Positions 31,389 through 42,563 are shown, counted from the stretch's first letter. The stretch is DNA of 64,000 bases from an uncultured Candidatus Saccharibacteria bacterium (GCA_964629235.1 CAZVQB010000002.1:4339-68338), one strand, 5' to 3'. Made by a program: numbers and translations. Notes: generated by a model not told the origin, from the letters alone.

Positions 31389-32544
31389 ATTCAACAAATG
31401 TCTTTTGAGTATAAAGAGGTACAGTAGCAATAACTTCTGCGATCTTTTTACTTGTACTTTCTGAAAAATATAATTTTGATGATTCGTATCTACCCTTTTT
31501 GACTTGTTTCTGTATAGCCTTTTTTATTTCTTCTACATTATGATCAACAGTAATAACATTTTCTGCACTCAATCTCTTGAATTGTCTATTTCCAATATTT
31601 ACAACAGGTAAACCCATAAAAGAAGACTCTTTTATTCCAGCTGAAGAATTCCCTATCAAACATAGACTGTTGTTTAACAACCAAATAAAATCCTTTGGAC
31701 CCATATAACGCATAAAGCGTATTTTATGTCCTTTAACTTCATCCTTAAATATTCTAAGTTCATGTGATATATCTTCTGCACCCGCATCAGCATTTGGCCA
31801 AAACCAGAGTGTTGGAATCTTTAGACTATGTACTGCATCAAGTATCTTTTTTGTATTTTCATGTACATGTTTAACATCCATAATATCAGGATGATACATT
31901 ACCATCAGATATCCTTTACTGAGATCGAACATCGCTCCACTTCCAGTAGTATTTAAATCAAATTTATGTTTTTTGCTTGATAATTTCTTTACCACTTCAA
32001 TTTCTGGACTACCGAAATTAAAAACGTGTGAGTCTTTTTCTCCTAGTCTCAATACTCTTTTCCTTGCTGGCTCATTTGTTGTAAAGTGAATATGAGAAAG
32101 CTTCGTGATAGCGTGTCTTACACTTTCATCTATTGATCCAGATACATCACCACCTTCTATATGTGCTATTGGAATAGATAAATATGCAGCAGCAATTGTA
32201 GCTGACAGAACTTCAAATCTATCACCTCTTACCACAACAACATCAGGTTTAATCTGATTAAAAAGTGTAGTAAATTCTATTATTCCAAGTCCTGTCGTTT
32301 TTGCTTTTACGATTGTGTCATTACCTTCTAGATTAAAATGAAGTTCATATAACTTATCATATCCATCATCAGTTAATAACTTTTTAATATCTGCAAGTTT
32401 AGATGTATAGCGAGACAATAGAGCTGTACCGCCAACTACTATATGTAGGTCAATATCTTTTCTTTTCTTTAGTTCTTCTAGAATAAGAAAGTTACGACTG
32501 TAGTGTATAAAACTTGTAATAACGAAACAGACTTTTCTCTTCAT
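31387..32544 (-). CDS. neuC: Hydrolysing UDP-N-acetylglucosamine 2-epimerase
   Basis: GDRFE, AHIEGGD, GSIDESVRHAITKLSHIHF, GNSSAG, NIGNRQ. Confidence 0.9.
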   Translation of the reverse strand: MKRKVCFVITSFIHYSRNFLILEELKKRKDIDLHIVVGGTALLSRYTSKLADIKKLLTDDGYDKLYELHFNLEGNDTIVKAKTTGLGIIEFTTLFNQIKPDVVVVRGDRFEVLSATIAAAYLSIPIAHIEGGDVSGSIDESVRHAITKLSHIHFTTNEPARKRVLRLGEKDSHVFNFGSPEIEVVKKLSSKKHKFDLNTTGSGAMFDLSKGYLMVMYHPDIMDVKHVHENTKKILDAVHSLKIPTLWFWPNADAGAEDISHELRIFKDEVKGHKIRFMRYMGPKDFIWLLNNSLCLIGNSSAGIKESSFMGLPVVNIGNRQFKRLSAENVITVDHNVEEIKKAIQKQVKKGRYESSKLYFSESTSKKIAEVIATVPLYTQKTFVE

Positions 32545-32547
32545 AGT

Positions 32548-33531
32548 CTAGCTAATATGCAGTATTTTTCGCAAAAATGCAAATCTATTTGAGTATCTTA
32601 TTAGATATACTATTTTAACCAAAATTGGTGATAGAGACATGCGCGCTTTTAGATAAATACTCTTCGGGATTTCTATATCTTTTGATAATGTATCCTTCCT
32701 TGCAACCAAACGTATATGATGAGTATTCAATCCATCCTGTTTTTGCTTTTTAATTTGTTCTTGATTCTTTCCTTCATCAACATCCATATAAACAATTACG
32801 AAACCTGCTTTTTTACACATTAAAGAAAGTGTTTCTGGTGTAAACATATATACATGGTCGATCTGCACTCCTGATTGAAGTTTTCCCATTCTTCTTACTT
32901 GATGTCTCCAATTTTTTACCGCAAGGAAAATATGTCCTCCTGGTTCTAAAGCTTCGTGTGACCAATTTAGAAATTTCATTGGATCCAAAAGATGATTTAA
33001 ACTTTGAACACATAGAATATTTTTTACTTTATTCTTAATGTCCATATTCACATCCTCAAAAAGTCCACGAATCGTCTTTACGCCTTTTGACTCAGCATAA
33101 CCCGATTCTTCAAGCGAAGGTTCAATACCTAGTAGTTCTAGATTTTTCCTAGACTCTCTCATACCAAAAAGTATTCCACCCGTACTTGAACCAACATCAA
33201 TAGTAAGTCCATCTTTTACATATTTACCCATATAACCGACTATAGCCTTGCCGAATCTTCTAGCATTCTCAAAATTCTTCTCTAAATCTGAATTGTATTC
33301 ACGATTCTTTATACTTGCCCTGTCTTGTCTATAAAAAGACATATAGTATTCATCATAGTCTTTAGCGGTCATACGTGGATTAATAAAAACCAAACTACAC
33401 TTCTTACACATTACTGTATTTGCTTTAAGATTGTTTACACTTCTTTTAACAATTACCTTAAAATCATTTCCACCACAAAGATTACATGCTATGTATTCAA
33501 GATTCTTTTTATTGTAGTCAAATCCTTCCAT
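32548..33531 (-). CDS. Class I SAM methyltransferase with N-terminal Cys4 Zn ribbon
   Basis: CNLC...CKKC, DVGSSTG, GIEPS, LNHLLDP, HVYMFTP. Confidence 0.82.
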   Translation of the reverse strand: MEGFDYNKKNLEYIACNLCGGNDFKVIVKRSVNNLKANTVMCKKCSLVFINPRMTAKDYDEYYMSFYRQDRASIKNREYNSDLEKNFENARRFGKAIVGYMGKYVKDGLTIDVGSSTGGILFGMRESRKNLELLGIEPSLEESGYAESKGVKTIRGLFEDVNMDIKNKVKNILCVQSLNHLLDPMKFLNWSHEALEPGGHIFLAVKNWRHQVRRMGKLQSGVQIDHVYMFTPETLSLMCKKAGFVIVYMDVDEGKNQEQIKKQKQDGLNTHHIRLVARKDTLSKDIEIPKSIYLKARMSLSPILVKIVYLIRYSNRFAFLRKILHIS

Positions 33532-33532
33532 T

Positions 33533-34891
33533 TTATTTAATTAAATTAATTATATAATCTGCAATTCTTTTCCCTGATAGACCGTCTGTAAATGTTGTCT
33601 GTTCTTTTACCAGGTTCTCTCTTTCTTTACTCTTTACTGATGGATCATCTAAATATTTATTTATTGAATCTAATAACTCTTGTCTATTATTTACCAAATC
33701 AACAGCATTAGTCTTTAATACATTCTTATAATGCCAAGTTCTGTAGTATTGTACAGGAGATTTTAACAATTTTGGAATTTTATTTATTTCAAAATTTATA
33801 TTTATTACTGGTTTGTCAAAAATACTTGCATCAATACTAATACTTGAAGCATAACAAACCAAGACAGACATATGATAAAGAGTATCCTGTAAATGATCTA
33901 GATCTGCTTTATTCATATCCCAATCAACACCTCTTTTTGTACCAAAACGTATACCGGGTTTATCACATTTTAGATCTGGTCTCTTTGATATTTCTTCTTC
34001 ATCAACAAAATCATTTGGTTGGAATCTTACCAACAATTCACATTCATATTTCAATTCTTTTGAGTAAATCATTTCTTGTAATAGGTCGATTATATCCCAA
34101 TCAGCAGAACTAAATGCTCTACCCATCGGAGCATATACTATCAATTTTTTATCACTAGGAATTTTTATTTTATTAAAGAATTCTTCTCTTAGAATAGGTT
34201 TCCTTGTATAGAAAAAATCATATTGTGGTAAACCACTAACAAAAATATCTTGTTCATTCATTTCATTAAAATCCATCATCTCTCCTTTGACGATATCGTT
34301 AAAAACTATAGCTTTATCAGGCAATAATCTTAAAATACATCTTGAAGTAACCTTATCCCAAGAGTTTATATAACCTATTGTTTTTATTTTTCTCTTTTTT
34401 GCTTCTCTTAATAGATTGATTTCAATTTCTTCAAATAGATGGGCGGTAAAAACAAGATCTGGTGAATATTTATCAAAATACTCACTATATGTATTGTCTT
34501 TTATTAAAAGAAAATCCAAATATCTCACAATTTTTCTTATCAAAGACCAAGCAAGAATATAGTTCGATACTTTACCAAAATAGTATCCAAAAAATCTCCC
34601 TTCATAATCACTGACCATTTTTCGTTTTAAATTTGTAGTTTCAGTTCTAAGTAAAGTGAACTTCATCTTTGAGAAAAAACTATCGAACATTGGTATGGAT
34701 TTTTGTTCAACAAATTCAAATACTATTCTTGGATCATTGAATTCATTTTTATAATAATCTACTTTTTGTTGCGATTTTGTAAAAAGAACAATTCTTATAT
34801 CTTTATTAAAAAGAAGATTCTCTAAAATAGGTGTTCGTAGAATATTCTTTACTTCTACACCTTCAAAAATTGTTATAAATATTGTTTTCAT
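33533..34891 (-). CDS. GT-B protein, CDP-glycerol glycerophosphotransferase-like; candidate nonulosonate transferase
   Basis: NSWDK, GLPQYD, LVRFQP, SSISIDA..FDKPVI; lies within the neu cluster. Confidence 0.55.
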   Translation of the reverse strand: MKTIFITIFEGVEVKNILRTPILENLLFNKDIRIVLFTKSQQKVDYYKNEFNDPRIVFEFVEQKSIPMFDSFFSKMKFTLLRTETTNLKRKMVSDYEGRFFGYYFGKVSNYILAWSLIRKIVRYLDFLLIKDNTYSEYFDKYSPDLVFTAHLFEEIEINLLREAKKRKIKTIGYINSWDKVTSRCILRLLPDKAIVFNDIVKGEMMDFNEMNEQDIFVSGLPQYDFFYTRKPILREEFFNKIKIPSDKKLIVYAPMGRAFSSADWDIIDLLQEMIYSKELKYECELLVRFQPNDFVDEEEISKRPDLKCDKPGIRFGTKRGVDWDMNKADLDHLQDTLYHMSVLVCYASSISIDASIFDKPVININFEINKIPKLLKSPVQYYRTWHYKNVLKTNAVDLVNNRQELLDSINKYLDDPSVKSKERENLVKEQTTFTDGLSGKRIADYIINLIK

Positions 34892-36216
34892 TTATTTATC
34901 AAATCTAATATTGCATTGAAAAGCCTTTCGGTATTTTTACCATCCAAAAATCCTGCCTCCATCTCAGCTAATTTCTTTCTTTTATCTTTATCTAGACTAG
35001 GATTTTTAACATACTCATCTAAATAATCTTTGAATTGCCGCATAGATTCAGCAAGCTTCACTCCCCCACTTTCTATTACTGGAATAAAATTATTATAATC
35101 GTAATATCTTCTTATACTATCGAAATATTCTCTCTTCTCATATCCATCAAAACCAAAAAGAATTATAGGCTTATTCATATATGCTGAATCAAGAACAAAA
35201 GTTGATGGTGAACTGATAACTAACTCTGACCAGAATAGGGTTTCAGCCAAATGCACATCGTCATTTTTATCGATTTCTGTAATCTTGATATTATCGAACT
35301 TTGGTTTTGCTCTATCATATATAACCTTTAGATTTGGAAATTTTGGATTATTCTCTAATTCTCTAACATAATCTCCTGGTGGAAGCCTGACTAGAAGTTG
35401 ATAATCTTTTGGTAAAGTCTTATCCAAAATATCTACAATATCTCTATCAACTGTATTATTTCTCAAATATCGATCACCTAACGGTATGAAGAGTGCTAAC
35501 TTTTTATCCTGATCACCACCTATTTTTTCTATAAATTCTTTTCTATTTGTAAACACATTTTTCTTATAATCATCATAGTGTGGAATTCCAATAACAGATA
35601 TCATTGATTCTCTTATTTCTTGAAGACATATCGCTTCATCTTTAATGATATTATTCCATACTAACAATTTATTAGGTATAACTCTTATGAGACCTTTTGA
35701 AGTAAGGTTGTCCCAAGAACGAACCATTCCTGCAGTTTTAATATTCGAAAAAATACCCTCATTCAATATTGCAATATCAAGTTCACTTTGGATATCGGTA
35801 GAAAATATGCAATCAGGTTTATACTGATCAAATAATTTCTCAAATCTTTTATTTTTATAACTTACTCTTTCTAGAAATCTTACGAATTTATGACCTATTT
35901 TATTTGATAATAAATAAGTTAAATACATTCCGCTACCTTTCATTTCTGTCTTTCTTTTTATATAAAGCGTTTTCGTATTTAATGCTGTTAGTGAAAGATA
36001 CTTTAATAGATTTTCTCTCTTGGTATTTTTAAATTCGAATCCTTCAACAATAACGTCATCTCTCTCAAAATTTTCTTTAAAAAAACTTTCTTTATTTTTT
36101 GGAGCAATTATTACAACTTTTATATTATTTTTAACAAGTACATCCAGGATTCCAGATGAAAGAATATTTCTTGATATGAGTGGATGAAAACTAGTTATAA
36201 AAATTGTCTTTTTCAT
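34888..36216 (-). CDS. GT-B protein, paralog of 33533..34891
   Basis: RSWDN, GIPHYD, LVRLPP, STFVLDSA..NKPII. Confidence 0.55.
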   Translation of the reverse strand: MKKTIFITSFHPLISRNILSSGILDVLVKNNIKVVIIAPKNKESFFKENFERDDVIVEGFEFKNTKRENLLKYLSLTALNTKTLYIKRKTEMKGSGMYLTYLLSNKIGHKFVRFLERVSYKNKRFEKLFDQYKPDCIFSTDIQSELDIAILNEGIFSNIKTAGMVRSWDNLTSKGLIRVIPNKLLVWNNIIKDEAICLQEIRESMISVIGIPHYDDYKKNVFTNRKEFIEKIGGDQDKKLALFIPLGDRYLRNNTVDRDIVDILDKTLPKDYQLLVRLPPGDYVRELENNPKFPNLKVIYDRAKPKFDNIKITEIDKNDDVHLAETLFWSELVISSPSTFVLDSAYMNKPIILFGFDGYEKREYFDSIRRYYDYNNFIPVIESGGVKLAESMRQFKDYLDEYVKNPSLDKDKRKKLAEMEAGFLDGKNTERLFNAILDLINK

Positions 36217-37163
36217 TATCTTTTAAGGAATTGCTGCAGACGTACAGTAAGTAAATATCTTAAATAAATATAATATTTGTTTATTGATAATAAAGTAAAA
36301 ATATAATTACCTTTACCTATTGTTAAATCCTTAAAAGGAGTTTTATTCAATCTTTTGGCCACAATGCGAATATGCACTCTTGGAATTCCTTGCATGATCT
36401 TCTTCTTTGTATATTCATCAGCTTCAAAGAAAAGGATTTCAAATCCAGCTGACGTTATAAAATCTCTCAGAACTTCAGGCGTATACATATAGACATGGTC
36501 AATCTTTACACTATTTTCATACTTTCCTGCTTTTTGTAATTGTTGCCTGAAATTCATAACTTCAACAACAAGAAGTCCATCATCAAAAAGAGATTCATGT
36601 GCCCATTTGAAAAAGTATCTCGGATCCAAATAGTGATTAAGAGCTTGAGTACTAACTATAACTGCAAATTTTTCTTTTTTATTATGATCTTCGATTAAAG
36701 CATGATAAGTCTTTATTCCTTGAGAATTCGCATAATCCGATTCTACCTTTGACGGCTCAAGACCTATTACTTCTCTATTTAAATATACTTTCATTCCTTT
36801 CAAAACACCTCCGACTCCAGAGCCAACTTCCATTATATTTCCTTTTACTTTTAGATATGGTGATATAAGCTCGCCCAAAAATTTGCCATGTCCTATAGTC
36901 GATTCAAATAATCTCTTGCAATCAAAATCTGAACCTGCCTCGCCATTGTTTATAGTCTTTTGTCTGTATTCTTCTTCATAATAGAATTTATAACCAGACT
37001 TCGTCATTCTCGGATTTATATATATAAGACCACACTTTTTACAAATAACAGAGTTTAAAGCTAGACCATCTGTACCCTTTTTTGACAGGATTTTATAATT
37101 GTTACTTAAACAGAAACTGCAAACAATATTCTCCTTTTCAATTGTATTGTATGGGAAAGACAT
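36216..37163 (-). CDS. Class I SAM methyltransferase with Zn ribbon, paralog of 32548..33531
   Basis: CSFC...CKKC, EVGSGVG, GLEPS, LNHYLDP, HVYMYTP. Confidence 0.82.
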   Translation of the reverse strand: MSFPYNTIEKENIVCSFCLSNNYKILSKKGTDGLALNSVICKKCGLIYINPRMTKSGYKFYYEEEYRQKTINNGEAGSDFDCKRLFESTIGHGKFLGELISPYLKVKGNIMEVGSGVGGVLKGMKVYLNREVIGLEPSKVESDYANSQGIKTYHALIEDHNKKEKFAVIVSTQALNHYLDPRYFFKWAHESLFDDGLLVVEVMNFRQQLQKAGKYENSVKIDHVYMYTPEVLRDFITSAGFEILFFEADEYTKKKIMQGIPRVHIRIVAKRLNKTPFKDLTIGKGNYIFTLLSINKYYIYLRYLLTVRLQQFLKR

Positions 37164-37224
37164 TTTATGATAAACAAGTATATCACAACAAAATATTGCT
37201 TCAATTTTAAAAATTAATAAAAGA

Positions 37225-38574
37225 CTAGATAATTTTTTCTAAAAAATCTACATTTCTCTTATAAGACAAACCGTCTCTAAAGAAAATAAAATCATTGAAT
37301 ACTTTTTCTTGTTGCTTCTTTTTTACATCGTGATTTTTCAAACAAATATTAACATGTTCAACGATATTATCGAAACTCTTTGAGAGGAAAACTGCATCAG
37401 CATCAACAATTGGCTTATAGTGACGGAAATTGTATGCTCTATGATACTTTTCTGGATAATCTATATTTACAACTGGTTTTCCAAAGATAAAAGATTCGAG
37501 GGTCATTGTTGAAACGTAGTTTATAACTACATCAGAATATTTTAGAGTTAACTTTAGATTCAAAATATCATCCTCATGTATTTCAATTCTCGTACCCATT
37601 TCTTGTGAAAGCAATTTGCCCGGATATTCAACATGTAGATTTGGTATTTTACTATCAATATATACTTTAAATTTATCAAACTCCTCTTTTGGATGCATTC
37701 GCACTAGAATATTTGGTTTACCATCAAATTTGCCTTGATCACGAGCTTTCAATAGTTCTCCAAGAAGAATATCTTCATCAGGATAATTCCCTTTTGTAAC
37801 TGTAGTTATAAGTATAGTTTTTTCTTTTGGATTTAATCCTTTACTCAAAAGGAAAGTTTCTCTTGAGAGTTCACTTGGATTATTTACAGAATAAGAATCA
37901 AAACGCATTGTACCTGAGACAAATACATTGTTTTCTGAATATCCATATTCTTTTACTGCAGTATTTTTTATTATTTTATTCCAAACTATTAGATAATCTG
38001 GTCTTCTAAAATGCACGCCTCCATTATGAAGATTGTCCCAACTAAAATTTATCGCTGCAGTCTTTATACCAAATTTCTTTGCATATATTATTGCTTCAGC
38101 ATCAGGATGACTGAATCCTGGAGTTGCTGTTAGAAACATTACTGGTTTGTATTCTTTAATCTTTTCTTCAAGGGCTTTTGATCTTGGTATAAAAATTTTC
38201 TCTAGTTTAGTAAATAAATCATTTGTCCAAAAAGATGCAGGGGCAATATAAGAAAAATACTTTAAAAATCTTCTTCTCCAATCTTTCATACCCTTTTCTT
38301 TATTCCTAACTACCACCGGTTCAAAATCGTATTTACGGATTATTGAATACCTAAAATATTTACCAAATAGATTCCAAAATCCTGGATTTTGCAATTTCCA
38401 AGGAACATAAGTCACATTTTCTGATTTAAAATATGGCTTATTGTCTTCACAAAAAGCTTGTGGAGACATGAATACCACTACTTTGTATTTTGTTGATAAA
38501 TACTTTATATAATCTGTACGTAAAAAATCCGATGAGTAAACAAAGTTAGAAATAAAAAGAAATACTGTTTTCAT
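37225..38574 (-). CDS. GT-B protein, third paralog
   Basis: FSWDN, GTMRFD, LVRMHP, STMTLES..FGKPVV; ATG 38574 (MKTVF) matches the paralog starts. Confidence 0.55.
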   Translation of the reverse strand: MKTVFLFISNFVYSSDFLRTDYIKYLSTKYKVVVFMSPQAFCEDNKPYFKSENVTYVPWKLQNPGFWNLFGKYFRYSIIRKYDFEPVVVRNKEKGMKDWRRRFLKYFSYIAPASFWTNDLFTKLEKIFIPRSKALEEKIKEYKPVMFLTATPGFSHPDAEAIIYAKKFGIKTAAINFSWDNLHNGGVHFRRPDYLIVWNKIIKNTAVKEYGYSENNVFVSGTMRFDSYSVNNPSELSRETFLLSKGLNPKEKTILITTVTKGNYPDEDILLGELLKARDQGKFDGKPNILVRMHPKEEFDKFKVYIDSKIPNLHVEYPGKLLSQEMGTRIEIHEDDILNLKLTLKYSDVVINYVSTMTLESFIFGKPVVNIDYPEKYHRAYNFRHYKPIVDADAVFLSKSFDNIVEHVNICLKNHDVKKKQQEKVFNDFIFFRDGLSYKRNVDFLEKII

Positions 38575-38619
38575 AGAAAGGTATTGTAGCATATATGTTA
38601 TAATCGTTATTATTACCAC

Positions 38620-39738
38620 ATGAAAAAACCTATTCTGCTACTCTGGATAATTTCATCATGGATTCTCTATCCCTTTTTTAGTCTATCTTCAAAAATTAAG
38701 AGCAAAAAACTAGGTGAGAAAAAGAGAGTGCTTGTATTGCCACAACTTTCTAGAATTGGAGATATCGTCTGTTCTACTGGTGTATTTTATAATATTAAAA
38801 AATCATATCCTGATAGTTATGTATCTGTATTAGTATCGAAAAAAGCATTTGGAATTATAAAAAACAACAAAAGAATTGATAATTTTATTATTTATGAAGA
38901 CTATTCATTTTTTGGTTTAATAAATAAAATTAAATCAGAAAATTTCAACTATTCAATAAACCTTACAGCAACATCCATAAATACTTGTTTAACTCTTTGG
39001 AGTTGTATAAATCATAGAATCAAGACTGTAGTAGAAACTCCTCCAATTACAGAAAGACTTACTGATTGTATGTCGAATCATCGATTACTATACAGGAATC
39101 ATACATATTTACCACTTCACCATATAAAGTTGTTGAATTTCATTGGAATAAATAATCCTGAGGATAAAAAAGAAATATACCTAAGTGGTACAGCGGAAAT
39201 AAAGGCAAATGATTTTGTTAAAAACTTTGGAGAAAATAAAAAAATAATAGGAATAAGCATAACTGCAGGAAATAAAATAAAGGAACTTGGTGATGAAAGA
39301 TTTGAAAAATTAATCAATAAACTTTTAGAAAATCAGGATAACATAGTTTGCTGTATAGGATCTAAAAATGACTCAGAAAGGATTGATAAAATAATATCCA
39401 GCGTGAATAATCCTCGTTTCATTAAAGCAACTGATTTTAATTTGGAAGAATTACCATCTCTTATGAAAACATTCTCGCTTTATATTGCGGTTGATACTGG
39501 TCCTATTTATATTGCGCATGCCCTAGGAATACCTCTGATAGACATAATTGGTCCAGTAGATCCGAATGAACAACCACCAAAAGACAGTAAGAGTATACAA
39601 ATTCTTCCTAGAGGAGATATAAAACCTAGTTCATTTGTATTTAAGAAACGTGGAACTAAAGATGAAATTATTTCAGCAATACGAAATACTGATATAAATG
39701 ATATTTATAAAGCCGCAGTAATACTATTGAGTAAGTAG
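38620..39738 (+). CDS. Glycosyltransferase family 9 (heptosyltransferase-like)
   Basis: SRIGDIV, VDTGPIYIAHALGIP...IGP. Confidence 0.82.
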   Translation: MKKPILLLWIISSWILYPFFSLSSKIKSKKLGEKKRVLVLPQLSRIGDIVCSTGVFYNIKKSYPDSYVSVLVSKKAFGIIKNNKRIDNFIIYEDYSFFGLINKIKSENFNYSINLTATSINTCLTLWSCINHRIKTVVETPPITERLTDCMSNHRLLYRNHTYLPLHHIKLLNFIGINNPEDKKEIYLSGTAEIKANDFVKNFGENKKIIGISITAGNKIKELGDERFEKLINKLLENQDNIVCCIGSKNDSERIDKIISSVNNPRFIKATDFNLEELPSLMKTFSLYIAVDTGPIYIAHALGIPLIDIIGPVDPNEQPPKDSKSIQILPRGDIKPSSFVFKKRGTKDEIISAIRNTDINDIYKAAVILLSK

Positions 39739-41112
39739 ACCGTATCTAACAAACCAACCTCGTACTATTGATATACCCTTTCGAATAATAATTTTATCTT
39801 CTTCTTTAAAACCAAAAATGATCTTGAAATCGAAATGGAATCCTTTGTCCTGATTTTTCGTATATATATAGTTTGCAATAACCATAATTAAAGGCACAAG
39901 TACGAATTCAAGAGCCAAACCCCAAAGACCAATGAAAGGTAGTGTTGAGACAATAATTCCAAGTGCAAGACTATTTCTAAATAAATGTAAAAAGAAAAGG
40001 TACTTTTGCTTTCTTAATGCTATGAGATAGTTGCCTATTATTATTCCCGCCGCAAATATTGGTAAATTTAAAAGCATAAAATAGAATAGCGGTATTGATT
40101 GTTCGTATTTCGAGAAGAAAGTATATATAATCGGTGGAACTGCAATAATTGCTGATATAACCACCAATATACTTCCAAGTACAAAATATTTTATTCCATA
40201 AGAAAACATTTTAACTGATAAATGTTTATCTTTTATCCAAAGTGGAACAAGTGATTGCATGGTATTACTTGGCATTAAATCTTGAATTGTAGTAACAATA
40301 GTCTCAGCAATAGAATATATAGCTACCGCTTCAGTATTTATAAAGAATTTAACTAACCAAGGCTTAACTCTAAAAGTTATTTTATTTATAAATTGTCGAA
40401 GCACATCCCATGTTCCGTATGTTACGAAAATATTCCACAACAATACATTTGGAGTGACTGCTATATGACTCCATTTGAAATAAACTTTAAAGAATTGATA
40501 TGAAACCGCCAAAACACTGAGTGATGAAGCGATTATTATAGATAGTATCAATTGTTTCAAACCGAGATTGCCTTGTAAGAAATAATAAATAAGTACAATA
40601 GATTGAATAGCTTTATTTATAGTATATCTCTGAGCAACTACTGAAAACTTCAATCGGACTAGACATAGTAATCGTATAAGGACGAACAGCCCTTCACTCA
40701 ATATCACAAAAGAAATCATTCTCATATCTTTTACGAAATCGATATCGTAAGATTTAAAAATATAAACCGAACCAAAGAATATTATTGCCCAAGCAGTGAA
40801 AGTTATAACTATTCTAACCAAAGAATATTCTAAGAAAATTCTCTTTGCATCACTAAGTCTATTGTCAGCGATTGCTCGAGACATTTCATTTGAAATAATA
40901 GCTGAACCAAGATTCAAAACATCAGATGGTACACCTGAAAAAGAAAGTAGGAGTTGGAATACACCGTACTGATACAAAGTAAGTGATGTAATAGTTAAGA
41001 ATGTATTCAATAGACCTATTACTTTTGTTACAAGATTCCAAAAGGTTGAAACGGCTTCCCCTTTTAAGAAAATAGCCATAAATGACGGCTTTTTTTGAGT
41101 GTTTGTATCCAT
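39724..41112 (-). CDS. Wzx-like polysaccharide flippase
   Basis: About 12 TMs, QYGVFQL in TM2 region, VAIYSIA, PFIGLWGLA (MOP-family pattern). Confidence 0.72.
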   Translation of the reverse strand: MDTNTQKKPSFMAIFLKGEAVSTFWNLVTKVIGLLNTFLTITSLTLYQYGVFQLLLSFSGVPSDVLNLGSAIISNEMSRAIADNRLSDAKRIFLEYSLVRIVITFTAWAIIFFGSVYIFKSYDIDFVKDMRMISFVILSEGLFVLIRLLCLVRLKFSVVAQRYTINKAIQSIVLIYYFLQGNLGLKQLILSIIIASSLSVLAVSYQFFKVYFKWSHIAVTPNVLLWNIFVTYGTWDVLRQFINKITFRVKPWLVKFFINTEAVAIYSIAETIVTTIQDLMPSNTMQSLVPLWIKDKHLSVKMFSYGIKYFVLGSILVVISAIIAVPPIIYTFFSKYEQSIPLFYFMLLNLPIFAAGIIIGNYLIALRKQKYLFFLHLFRNSLALGIIVSTLPFIGLWGLALEFVLVPLIMVIANYIYTKNQDKGFHFDFKIIFGFKEEDKIIIRKGISIVRGWFVRYGLLTQ

Positions 41113-41171
41113 AACTTAATATACTATCATAAATTGTCATAACCATATATAATCTTAAAAAATACAATTTT

Positions 41172-42560
41172 ATGAAAAATATATCCAAAAAGGCATTCAT
41201 TATCATATTTTTAATAATCGTATCCGTAAATTTCCTTTATTCTATATCATACAAGATAAAACCAGCTGTAGATGCTGAAGCATACGATGAAATTGCTACA
41301 AATATAGTTGAGCATGAACAATATAGATCAAGCTTCAATGTACCTATAGAACTTGATGGTTCAATAACAAGAATCGGTCCTGGGTATGAATTGTTCTTAG
41401 CAACAAATTATTTATTCTTTGGTAAACATCTTTGGATTATTTGGTTATTCCAAGCAATACTCTATGCTTTGACTATCGTAATGCTTGGTTTGATGAGTCT
41501 AAAGTTATTCCCTGTAATAAATCAAAATACAAAGATCCTTTATGGTTCAATGATTGTTTTTGGCTTACTCATCGATATAATTCAATTGAATGCAATGATA
41601 ATGACTGAATCCCTTTTCCTATTTCTTTTAACTCTTTCTTTCTTTATTTGGTCACAGATCTACAATCACGATCCGAAAATAAAATATGGATTATGGATCA
41701 TTCTAGGATTTGTCTTAGGATTATTAACCCTTACTCGTCCTACTGGATTATTAGTATTTATACTATTAAGTGGAGCAACAATATACAGAAAAAAGCTTGG
41801 TTCAATACTTGCTATATGTCTTATTACTATTCCATTTATCTTAATCCAAGTTCCTTGGTTTATAAGAAATTATCATGTTTATAATCAATTTATTTTTCAC
41901 TCTAGCGCTGATGGTCTGAATTTCTTAAGTGGCAACTATCCTGGCAATCATGGAGAATTTACTTCTGATTTTCCTTTTTATAAAGAATTAAAAGAGAAAT
42001 ACCCATCTCCAGTAGAATTAAATAATGAAGCAAAAAAATGGTATAAAGATTTTGTATTACATCACCCTATTCAAGCTACAAAAATACTAATTGAAAAAGC
42101 TTTAATATTCTTTTCTCTTACCAAGACTTCTGGTTTTTGGTTCCATTATTTTGGAAAGACTGATCAGATACTTACAATCCTCATATCAATACTACAAAAC
42201 TTTATAATACTTGGAAGTATTATATTGTATGGGACAATGGTTGTTAAAAGATGGATAAATAAACAATTCCTTCTACCAGACATATTTCTTGCTTCAACTT
42301 TTGTAGTATTGACCGTAACTCCAATAATTTCAGTTATAGCAAATAGACATAGACTTCCACTAGTTATAATGTCTCTGCCTTTATTCGCCTATGTTGCATA
42401 TATATTAAAAAATAACTTCAGAAAAATGAAATGGGAAATTGCTATTACGATTCTTATCCTTATCGCAAGTACTAGTCTAGATCTATTCTTACAATTCGAT
42501 AAATTCAAATCAAAAATACATTCAGTAAATAAAAGTCCAGTGGAAACAGTAACTAAATAA
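41172..42560 (+). CDS. GT-C (ArnT/PMT-like) membrane glycosyltransferase
   Basis: DAEAY in first loop, PGYELFLA, MTESLF, LTRP, PWFIRNY, RHRLP. Confidence 0.72.
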   Translation: MKNISKKAFIIIFLIIVSVNFLYSISYKIKPAVDAEAYDEIATNIVEHEQYRSSFNVPIELDGSITRIGPGYELFLATNYLFFGKHLWIIWLFQAILYALTIVMLGLMSLKLFPVINQNTKILYGSMIVFGLLIDIIQLNAMIMTESLFLFLLTLSFFIWSQIYNHDPKIKYGLWIILGFVLGLLTLTRPTGLLVFILLSGATIYRKKLGSILAICLITIPFILIQVPWFIRNYHVYNQFIFHSSADGLNFLSGNYPGNHGEFTSDFPFYKELKEKYPSPVELNNEAKKWYKDFVLHHPIQATKILIEKALIFFSLTKTSGFWFHYFGKTDQILTILISILQNFIILGSIILYGTMVVKRWINKQFLLPDIFLASTFVVLTVTPIISVIANRHRLPLVIMSLPLFAYVAYILKNNFRKMKWEIAITILILIASTSLDLFLQFDKFKSKIHSVNKSPVETVTK

Positions 42561-42563
42561 TTT

